Source: Klebsormidium nitens
Lineage: Eukaryota > Plantae > Klebsormidiophyceae
Assembly: GCA_000708835.1 (NCBI GenBank)
Contig: DF237025.1
Coordinates: forward strand, 155,667 to 219,666
Direction of reading: 5' to 3'
DNA length: 64,000 bases
Shown: piece after piece, positions 11,662-22,500 of the stretch
Layout: the number at the start of each line of letters is the position of its first letter
Position numbering within the stretch: position 1 is the stretch's first letter
Translations under genes and position numbers: made by a program
The notes under the pieces: generated by a model
Told to the model about the DNA's origin: nothing
The model's input: the letters and a program-made list of their open reading frames with translations, nothing else
The model's database searches: none

Positions 11662-13473
11662 TTAAGATAGTGTGAATCTGGTGTACTGTGAGGCTGCAGA
11701 GTAGGAGAGACTTTGCATGTACGGTAGATTGTGCGCTGCAAGTGAGCGTCTAAACGGATTCCCAAGCCAGGCCTTGGCGACCGATAGACTGGTGACAACT
11801 ACACATTGAAATCGACCGACATGCAGATTTGTACATACAACACTTCAGCGCAGCGCATTGGTGGCAAGGTTGGCACAAAATCCACATCTGACTACATACT
11901 TAATTTGAAAGGTGACATTTCAAATCAGAAGATTAAACATTTCAGACACTACCTTCTAACACAGACAGACATATCTGTTGGCTGCTGCGGCCAAGGGATC
12001 CCAAAAAATCAGCTAGTCACAGGCTTGCATCAATGAACCAGCGACATTCAGGTTCTAAGTCACATCACGCCTTGAGCAAGCCACATTGCTGGAAAACCAT
12101 AAAAGTCGCGTTGGGGTCTTCCTGAAGCAAGCAAAGTTCAACTACTTTTCTCTAACATTAGCACCTATAGGTAGAATGCACAAGGACCTCTGAACCTTTG
12201 GTCAGCGTTGAAGTGTAGATAACGCACCTGGATGAAAACCGGCCTTCAGCTGGTGTAAGACATCTGGTGGGCCGATCGCCAGAAAATTCTGCTTTGTGGC
12301 AACCAGGCTGCAGTCCATTTCAATGAGTGCTTGTCCAAAGCCCAAGAGCTTGGACGCTCTCAGGAGGGAAGCAGCCATGGCTTCTGTCCTAATGACCATT
12401 AATGCCCCTGAGGTCCCCGCATTGACTCTGCTTTCTGCACCTTCGTGGCGCTCCCGCGTCGATCCTCGCAGTATTTTGCCAGGTGAAATGCTCTCGCCAT
12501 AGGACAATTCTGCCGAATCGCAGCGCCTGCTTAGCTCCTCTCACATCACCGTGTTAAACTTAAAGTGGTCTCTGCCACGACTGCGGAAGGTGGTTCATCA
12601 ATGATCCTCCAGGTGGCAGGTGCCACTCACGACTCGGACTCGTCAGCCTGCCAAGCCTGGCCTGACTCCGTCCGAGGAGGACTCGGAGTCGGCGTCTGAG
12701 TCGGAGCTGGGCCTCTCCGAGTCAGCCTCAGCACTGCACTGGCAGGCTCAGGCTCACGCAAATTGGCGGGAATTCAAGGGTGGAAGAGCTGTTTGTCCCG
12801 CCATAACCGTAGACGGTTTTACTCCGATAAAGTTGGGATTTTGACTGTTGATGTTGCCCCTCATTCTATATCGCTCCGCAAATGGTGATCTATAATACTG
12901 GATATGTGCATAAGTTCAGTCCTCATGTGTTAAAGTTAAAGGAGTAGCCAGTTGCCAGATTGGGACCTCCTACATATCAATACGAGTGCTTATGAGCCCT
13001 TCATTGTAATTTTTCTTGGTGCATTTTAATCGAGCTGGGTTGCAGGCAATAAGCAGGTCCGGTCGCCCTGAATGGCAATGGCTATGATTGTTCCGTACAT
13101 AGCGATCTGACGGCTGATAGGTGTGCACGACTTGGACAGCTCTCGAAAACCGGCAGCCGACAACCCTGCCGCTCATGAGTCCGGCAACTCTTCCCCCTTT
13201 AAATTTGTGGGATTCATCATTTAAACTCATGTGCAAGATAGGCGCCCGGGAGACGGGTTAACTTACGGTAGTACAGTGTGGTGATATGGTTGTAACTGTA
13301 CTACCGTTTTAAGTGTTAAGCGCCCGGGCAAGTCGATGACTGCATGGACGTTTAAAAGATTGGATTAAAGTAGGGGCTGGCCCAAAGCGTCACGTTCTAG
13401 CTGGACGAGGCTGCTACCTAGCGGTAAGGGTACAATTGAAGGGATAACGCACCATTACCATGGGATCGGATAG

Positions 13474-13925
13474 GGGGCTATGCACACCTGGACTCGGGGG
13501 GTGTCGGGGTTTCTCTGGTAAAATGGAGACCCGAGTCTCGAAATCGACATCCGGCACCCCTTTCGGGCTATGCACACTAGTCCGGGTCTCGCTGACGTGT
13601 CGGAGACCCGCCCGGTCTCGGAAAATTTCCAAAATCCGAGACCCGGCCCTTTGGCGGGGTTTCGATCGAAAGTCGGGGTCCACCGGGAATGTCACGGGGG
13701 AACAGATGGACGCGCCGAACGTACTTTTGCGGGCTTCGATCGGTCCGTACACAAACTGTACACGGTTAGGTACACAACGCGTTGAGGAGCGGAAACCCGA
13801 CATCCCGCAACCCGGTGTGCATAGGGTTTCGTGGTTGCTCCCGAGCTTGGATCTCGGGTCTCCGACAAACGTCAGCAAAACCCCGTTTCTGGGCAAAAAC
13901 CCCCCTCCCAGGTGTGCATAGGCCC
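13474..13925. mobile_element. 452-bp MITE, PIF/Harbinger (Tourist)-like, 3-bp TSD TAG
   Basis: TIRs GGGGCTATGCACACCTGG (13474-13491) and CCAGGTGTGCATAGGCCC (13908-13925), 17/18 match. TAG at 13471-13473 and 13926-13928. Internal copies of CTATGCACAC/GTGTGCATAG near 13568 and 13815; several GAGACCCG/CGGGTCTC motifs. Confidence 0.7.
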
Positions 13926-15469
13926 TAGGTATGCCAACTGGAAGAAGCGTGCTGAGCACACGTCTCTCCTCTTCCAAGTTCTGTCGTCACGGTCACCGAC
14001 ATGGTCTGCGGCTGAGAAAGAACCCATTGCACTGGAACTTGAAGTTGAACCAGGATTGACAATCCTAAGCTGTGCGGGGTCCGACGTTGTCGCGCTCCGT
14101 TTCAGACGGCCTACCACCACTTATCAAGGGCGACGAAGGCAGCATATCTTTCTACCGAGAAAGTAACAAATCAAAGAGCTACTCCCGGCCGCCAAGCGAG
14201 ACTAGCTTGGCAGCTGTTGCCGAGGTCAAGGCGCGAGTTGACAAGCTAACTCGTTGTTGTACTCCATGTTTTAACTGTGGCTGGCCCTTTAGAGGATGTG
14301 GTGGCGCTTGACCAGAAGGCAGCGTTCCCTGGTTGCAGGCGGCCCTTGCAACATTGGGGAATGCTGAGTTCTTGAAGGGGACTACATCGGTACCTATGGC
14401 TTCTGCTTTGATGCAGAAGTCCTGCTTGCGGGGGCAAGCGGTTATAGACACCAAATGCCGGGCCGCGTCGCAGCAACTTCTGTGGCCGGTAGGCACCTCA
14501 GGGGAGCGGCAGTTGAGGGTTGCCAGCTCTGGTGAGTGCACCACTAGATGCGTTGTGATATATGCCAGTATAAGGCCGGGAACTTCAAAAGTTCAGAGAC
14601 GGCATTGCTCTTTGCAATGTCGTAGAATCTTGTGGTAGTGGCTCCGGCGCCCTAAGAGCTCTTCGCGTTTGTGCTGGAACTGCAATCTCCATCCATGTTT
14701 CCTGCGGTTCTGATTGTATTGATTCAAACGTTGCTTCCTCGAAAAAGTCCAGCAGTCACAGACATTCACATTGGGGGCCGCCACGAGGTCACGGTTGTCG
14801 GTTGTGGAGTCGTTCGGTCTCGTTGCTTGCTTTTCTGAAATGACGAGTGAAGGGAGACAGCGAAGAAGGCCACAATCATCTTGGTCAGATGCGCTGCTCA
14901 GTTTACCAAACCTGAGGTTTAGTCTGATGGTTGGCCTGGCAGCATTTCGTACCTTCCATTCTTCATGGTGCATACATAAAATCTATGCAAGATTTCAATA
15001 TGGAGATTCAAAGTCCATCACAAAACGGATGCTCGGCATTGCAAAGCAGTGCTTTGAATCTCAATAATAGCGGCAATTGTAGTTGCTGCTGGTCTGTTTA
15101 CCTCATCCAACTGATCTTTGTCGTCGGATGAAGGTTCAAGTCAATCACGTCAACGTCCAACTGCCTCCCTAAAGTTCCGCCCCCGCTCTACAAAACCCTT
15201 CTTTGAGACAGACTGATCAGAGGAAACACTATGCAGAGCATGCTTTTCTCGGCAAGCGTGTTGGGGCTGGAGCGTCGGAAAGCAGAAGGGGCGTCCGGCC
15301 CTGTGGATTCAAGCGGCCGCTTGTTGAGAAGAAAGCGCCTGTTGCAAGACTTGGCACACCGTAAGCATAGCCTGCTAACATACACACACTCTGAGCCCAG
15401 TTTCGAATTCGATGCTTATTCCAGTAATTCAGCAAGGAAGGGCGAGAAGTAGGATCGGTGTGCTTTACC

Positions 15470-18002
15470 ATGGCAATCAGCAATCAGCTGATAAGCTACG
15501 ACCACCTTACTGAAGTACTCGGCATCTGCGTCCATGCCCAAGCACCAAGCTTTCAGCATGGGACTCCCAGCGGATGTAACTTTCGGCACCTTTTCACAAT
15601 GTTGGGCGTTTTTTGCAGCTCAAGGGGTTCAGACAAGAACCGAATCACCTGCACCAGCCAGTTCACCGCGGTGACAGACAATGACCATGTGGTTTGTCCA
15701 GAAGTCCAAACGGATGCAGCAACATTGCAGTCCAGCTCCGCAGACTTGTCACCTAGAAACCAAGCCTTCGCACTCCTCCTAGCAAAGCTCCCAAAACTCC
15801 TCTGCATAGCAGCCCTCTGCTCGGTCCTCCTCCTCCCAAGCCGTCCAGCCTGGGCCGCAAACGGCGCCACCGCGACTCTCGCCCGGCCCGCACGGTTCGC
15901 CCGCTTTAGTATCGTAGCCTCTCTCGTGAGCATAAAAGAGGCGTTCAGAGTAGCTTCCGCTGGGGAGCTGTTGGCAAGTGCGTGGACGGGCCTAGTTGCG
16001 GGGTGCCTGCACACACTGACGGGGCCGGATCATCTAGCCGCGCTCGCGCCAATGTCGATCGGGCGAACGCGGCTGCAGAGTGCGTGGATGGGGGCGCTCT
16101 GGGGGTGCGGCCACGATGCGGGGCAGCTGCTGTTCGGGCTGCTGTTCCTGCTGCTCAAGGAGCGGCTGCACATGGACCTACTGTCGGTGAGTGCTGGCTC
16201 AGTTACCGAGCACGTTGGTCTGGTCGAGTGAGTCGTTGGCTGCGAGGCCCAACTTTCTTGTCGATTTATCTATCTGAGGACAACATGCCCAGTCATTGTT
16301 GCAAGTCTGGTCGACAGAGAGAGAGGCGACCAGGATAGAATCAGCTCAAGGGAAACCGTTTCGCTTGGTTGCTGGGACTCAAGAGTCAGTTGATGATGAT
16401 GCACCAGTTATCAAAAAGCGGACTGAGGCTTGACTCCTGGTCGTTATGCTTCCCCTTTGGCATCTGCGAAGATCCTGCGAAGATCAGAAGAAGGAGGATT
16501 CGCTACAGGGTTTCAAGCTCATTTCAGAAGTCTCAAAACTGTTCTGGCTCTGGCTCATATAGACTCCTACTCCGACAGTCCCTTCGTCGCTTTTACTATC
16601 TCTACCGGTCTTGTAAGTCGCTCACTCCAGATCTCCATGTTTCCAGCAATGGAGCGGGGTGGTCATCGGCGTGACCCTCTGCGGCATCGGGGCGCTCGGG
16701 TTGTACGAGTCGCGACAGCTGAGCGCGTCGATACACGAGCCGCCTCCGGAAGAACGCCCGCTGACGCCAGCCTACGCTGGCGCGTCTACAAGCGGCGCCT
16801 CCGAGGAGTACCGACCCGAAGAGACCGCGACAGATGCGCCGAGGGGAACTGCGTCTTCGAGCAAGCCATTTGGGGTGGCGACCTTCATAACAGGCGAGAT
16901 GCCCTGGCCCTTATGTCTTACCTTGCTTCAATATTCGTATTTTGATTGTGGAGAGTAGGAGACATACTTGATCACCGACTTGTTGAAACTTCATAACAGG
17001 CGAGATGCCCTGGCCCTCATGCCTTCCTTGCTTCAATATTTGTGTTTTGATTTTGGAACAGTAGGAGACATATTTGATTACCAACTTGTCGAAACCATGT
17101 AGAAGCAAGCAAAATGGAGAGACGGTTCTTCACCAAGCGAGTATTAAATTCAAGGGAATGTGTGGACACCTATGGGAATAGGCTCATCGGCATCACTCGT
17201 TTTTTAGGACGTCCTCAAGAACTCTGTACACTGCACCTGGGATGCATCTCTTCTTTCAAAGTCAAACCGTTCGCTGATTGTTCTTCCGGGCTCGTGTCTG
17301 ACCTTGTCGCGCGCGTGTTCTTGCAGGCATCTTCCACGGCTTCCAGCCCGACGCTCTCATCATGATCCTTCCCGCTCTCGCACTCCCGTCCAAGCTGGCG
17401 GGGCTGTCGTTCCTCGTAACCTTCCTACTCGGAACCATTCTCGCGATGGGGAGCTACACGGCGTTCATCGGGGCGTCCTGCGAAGTGCTCGGGGAGCAGG
17501 TCCCCGGGGTGAGGCTCCGGTTGTCAACCTCCCCCCCGTTCTTTCCCTTCTCTGAATGCTTTTTGAAGGTTTGAGACGTTCGTCGTGATGAAAAACATAT
17601 CTGTTACAAATGTGAAACAATTTCCAAATTTCTTGGACGATGGAGAGGAGTTCGGCGGAGCTGTGGAGAATTTAGTTGTACTCGTGCTTGCTACTTCGTA
17701 TACGCCTGTTCGCTTGTAGAGCTTTTATAGTTTGGACTCGGGCGATCGGATAAATTGTTTTTGGTATAGCGGACACTCCATGTTCGGCCACTGGGGGTGT
17801 GCATACCTCTTCTTGAGAATGCAGAGCCGATTGGTAATCAATTGCTTGTTTGAAACTCAGTGACTGGTCGGGTCTGTCTGAACAAATTTGTATCGTCCTT
17901 TCGCAGATCAACGAAAAGCTCTCGCAAGTTTCTTCGATGATTTCGATATTTGTTGGGGCCGCATTGATTTCTTCGAACGCATTCGGCTTCAAAATCCTGT
18001 AA
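15470..18002 (+). CDS. CGF1/CGF2: Plastid membrane protein of the CGF / UreH-like / NiCoT-related (DsbD_2) family
   Basis: Exons ~15470-16186, ~16648-16893, ~17328-17510, 17907-18002. Motifs AGCLHTLTGPDHLAALAP, GALWGCGHDAGQ, TFITGIFHGFQPDALIMILPALALPS, and C-terminal INEKLSQVSSMISIFVGAALISSNAFGFKIL*, as remembered for Arabidopsis CGF1/2. Long N-terminal transit-peptide-like leader. Confidence 0.85.
16883..17094 (+). repeat. 106-bp tandem duplication spanning the exon 2 GC donor of the CGF-like gene
   Basis: Both units (16883-16988, 16989-17094) begin cttcataacaggcgagatgccctggccct and remain alignable throughout. Confidence 0.9.
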
Positions 18003-19567
18003 CAACTTTAGTTGTAGAGCTGAGACATGGACACGTTGTGGCTCTGAGAAGGCCCTGAGAAGGTCCCTGCAGATCATTGTGCACAACCCATTGTGCACGT
18101 AGTATAAAGACCTTAACCGAAGTGGCTAATATTGCTGCTGCCTCGCAACCGACTTATACAAACCTATCGACAGGCTCCAGAGGTAGACCGTCTGTGGGCA
18201 AATTGCCCGCGTTGAACCTTCATATTCTTGTGTCGTCGGCACATTTGGGAAGGTTATTGTCAATCCAGTGAGGTCATAGTTGTTCTTTGTTCTTTTTGAA
18301 CCGTCTTTTAAACGGATTGAAGTCTTAATGTTCATCTTCCTCGAAGTATACCAGAGCGGCACCGACGTCAACCCCACTTTAATGGCTATGATTGAAGCGG
18401 CGAGGAAATCTGGCCGCGACGGTAGAAAGCCAGCCCATGCATGTGTTTTTCAATGGCTGGATTCAAGAAAATTGGGTCTACATTCCTCACGGATCATGTA
18501 CGTGCTTGCGGAAGGCCGCGTATATCCGGACACATATTGACTCCTCTGTGGTCAAATGCAATGGTTGGGGCCACGTCATGAGGAGGCCGCTGGACGCATG
18601 CGGGCCTGTAAATTGGGTCGCCAAGAGGCGCGAATATTGCTATATCTAGGTATGCATCAAAGGCTATTGTCCATATGTGGAAACCATCCCTAGTGCAGAT
18701 TGCGCATGACGGTTGTGACTTAACGATCGTCATGCGTAGAACTGCAGGTCAAAGTTCGCCGGGCCCGCTGCGGCCAGCGCCTTGCAGATGTCTAATTATT
18801 CTATTCGCGACAGCATGGGTTGCAGCCGCCCGCATGTGCTCACCGGCCGTCACGCACTGATCATTGCCAACGTACCGGCCCCGAGCGCGCGGCCCGCCCG
18901 TGTCGCGGCCGCCTCGCGCAAGACGTCTGTCTAGATTGGATCGATCGAAAGAGTATCTTCAGGGTTTTAGCACCCCAAACACGGGGTTTGCGCGGAATCT
19001 TCGAAAATGGGCGCAGCCGCAGCGAGCTGCCATGAACAGCCAGTCAATGCAGAGCTAGGAATTGTCGTCCACGCCAGGTCAGCTTGTTTTGTTCATTTTG
19101 TGGAGCGGCAAACCTAGGATAGAGGAGCTAGAATTGGGCGCCATTGAGTGTTGCAATGAAAGGCGCATCCATCTCCCGGAACAGGGTTACGAGAGTGTTT
19201 TGAGGTATCCAAGCATTCCAAAAGAAGCCCCTGAACTCGGGGGCAGATGTGCCAGTTTTGCTAGCTTGCGCTGAGTTGCAAAGTGGATTGGGCTTCACAA
19301 TCTATGTAGAGGAAGTCGCCGTCAGGAATCTTCATTGGTATACGAGGTCCTCATGCTCCCTACATTGAAAGCGTCTGTGTCTAGAAATTACTTGTCTAGC
19401 GTCTTCTTCTTCGCATGCTAGAGGTGACCCAGTCCTTGCCTTTACTGATCCAAGCATAATGCTCTTGATTACAAGCGGAGCGGCCCTCATGAAAGCAGAT
19501 TTGATGGTCTAGCTACAGATTCTGCAAGGATTGGGGTGCCGGACGGTCCGGGGGAGGGAGATAGATC

Positions 19568-22500
19568 ATGGAGGTGGCCTTTGTGCAGCAGCCTCTTCCC
19601 CAAACGCTGGGCGCCGTTGGCAGGGCGCATAGACAAGCATGCAGACGCGTTCTGCCTCTCCCAACCACATTGCCTCCGCCGTCGCACGCTATCAGTCAAC
19701 ATGCAAGCCTGTCTTTAAGGCTAACCTTCCCTGCTTGGTGGAGCACAATCCATGCAAAATGCCACTTCGTTCGGTCAGAGCTGCAACGGAGGAGCCTGCG
19801 CTGGCGAAAGGGCGCCAGCTGTCAAGCAGACAGGGGCGTCAACTGTCGAGCACCCGGAGGCGCCAGCTGTCGTGCAGCGGCGGGGGGGGCAACTCTTGTT
19901 CAGGAAGAGTCCCCGGCTGTACGTGTGACTGACATAGACAGGGAGATCAAGCGGCTTAGGGGGTTACGAGAACGGCTAAGGGCTGCGGTGTCCATCGACG
20001 AGCGGCGTCTTGTTTTGGAGAGCGATCCGGAGGTTCAGAGAGTCTGGAAGGCCTATCGGGACTCGCGGCATGCATTGAGATTGGACGAAGCGCACGGGAA
20101 GTACCTGCTCGATTGCATGATTGCGGCGGGGCAGGGGCATCTTCTGGAAAGTCCCACTCTTCTCCCCTCAAAGGAGCGGGTGAACGGGAAGCATTCAAAT
20201 GGCGCGCTGCATTCGAACGGCGCCCTCAAAGAGTCGGACACTGGGGTCTCTCTTTTGGACGGGCATTCAGACCGGGCACCCTACCTAGACGCATTTCAAA
20301 TGCTGGCGGACGCCGTCCGAAAGCTAGAGTTGGACGGCGAGCCGGACGCCCCAAACCACCCTGCGCTTCTAACCCCTCTCTTGGCCCCCGAGCATTTGGC
20401 GCCCGCGAACGCGCACGCCTGGGAGCAGCGACTGGCCGGACAGTCCAAAAGCGGGATCGACGCCATCCAAAAGCTAACGGACATGCTCAAGCGGCTTGAG
20501 AAGTTCTACGACAGCATCGGGGGTGTGGTTGGGTACCAGCTCGCGGCGCTGGAACTGATTCGCGCCAGCGAGGAGCGGGAGAAGTGCGTCGAAGAGGTGG
20601 AGAGCGTTTTGGCGGGGGATTCGGACGTGCCACTGTCCGAAAGTTCGCTTTGGGACGGGTCCGAGCTTTTGGAGGAAGCGGGCGAGGAGACGAATTACCA
20701 CATGCCGGTGGGACCGGACCTGGCAGCCGATCCTGGCTTCGCACAGCGCGCGGCGGCTTGGGGGATCACGGTGAGAGTCCAAAGTGACTGTTTCATATAT
20801 TTGTTACACTCGGGTGATCAAGACTTTACTTTCTCTCAGATGCATTACTAGCTGAGTCTAACGTGCACGTACTTGCCGCCAACATTATGAAAGTTGTGGT
20901 GGTGAAAAGGCTACCAGCATTTCTGGGGCGCAAAAGAATCCGCTTTTGATTCATTGGCTGGCGCCCGATCAGCACATTGCGTCGCAGCTTGTTGCATTTT
21001 GTAATCTCCACTCCGGAGATGCTTGAGACTCTCCTTCGGTTGACCATGCTCTCACAAATGGCAATTCAAGCTGCCACTTCTTACTCACGTGCTTCTTCCC
21101 TCTTGTGAGGAAGGTGCACACAACCTGTTTTCCGCCCCAATTGGTTGTAACTTTTGAAATGCCACCATTTATGTTGGCAGCATTGGATTCCAAAACCTTG
21201 GCTCTGGCTAAAGCATTCTAGATGCTGCTATAATCCCTACTTCACTGGTCCACCGAGGCCCAAAACCCTAATCTCGGTATTGTCCGACTAGATTGAAAAG
21301 ATGGGCGCCACTTACCCTGTCTATGCAGCTTGTGCTGGTTCTTTCAGCAATGCAAATCGGGGCGAACATGACATCGTTGCAAAGTTCAATGGCGCTGTTC
21401 TGACCTGAGATTGACAATGTTGAACAAAGGCTAAGCTCAATTTGGGTTGCACCTTCTGGTCTGGAATCCATGGGATGTGATTGCACAAAAGGTGTGGTTC
21501 CTCTAAAGTGGCTTATGCGGAAGGCAGTGCCAAAGGAGTTCTTTCAAACATCATGACCTTAAGGAGAAGAAATCTCACACGATGTCTCTAAGATGAGGAC
21601 TTGTTGCATGCTCAATCCCCCAAAAGTTATCTTCTCTTCTCTTTTTAAGAACCACTGTTGACCCGTACACTTCTTCCTATGGCTCACCCCTGACGAGAGC
21701 TTATCATCTCCGTCAAATAAAATGCGGTCGTCAAAACCTGCATCTTTCAAGGAAACTGCTTGTGATGCACCCAGTCTTCTTCCAGGGGCTGCCGTCAATG
21801 GGCGAGATTTACCCCCTCGGCGGCGCGGGTGACCGGCTAGGCCTTGTGGACGAGCGGAGCGGCGAGTGCCTGCCTGTCGCAATGCTACCGTACTGCGGAC
21901 GGACTCTGTTAGAGGGCCTCATTCGGGACCTGCAGGCAAGGCCGCATTGAATCCGCAAGAATGTCAGGACTTAGAACATTGTGATGTTGAAGTGTTTAAA
22001 CAGTCTGCGGAATGCAATCATGGGCGGTCAGGAAGCCGCTGTGTGCCCTTGATTGGCTTGGAGGTTGCCAGGCCCTTGCTTTGTGTCGGAACTTCTGAGC
22101 TGAAAGAGAAGGCTAATGATGCTTATGATCTGGACAGCTGGATATAATCTGGGCCTTTCCCCTGTCTAAGCAACCATCCGCCATGGATTTCAAGGTGGCG
22201 GTTCTGCACGTTGGTTTTCGATTGTGGTTGTTTGGTGGAAGAGTCGACATGTGTGGGAGGAGAAAGCACAATACATCAATCGAGCACGGTGAAGGAGGAA
22301 GGGCATCATCTTGTGAACCAACTAAACTAAGGGTCCTCAGCCGAGGTCAGACTTTAGTTTAACTGACAAGCTCCATTTTGCACAGGCGCGGGAGTACTTG
22401 CACTTCCGGCTGTACGGTGTCCAGCACACGACGCCGGTTGCAATCATGACGTCAGCGGCCAAGGACAACCACCGGCGAGTGGTGGAGCTATGCAAGCAGC

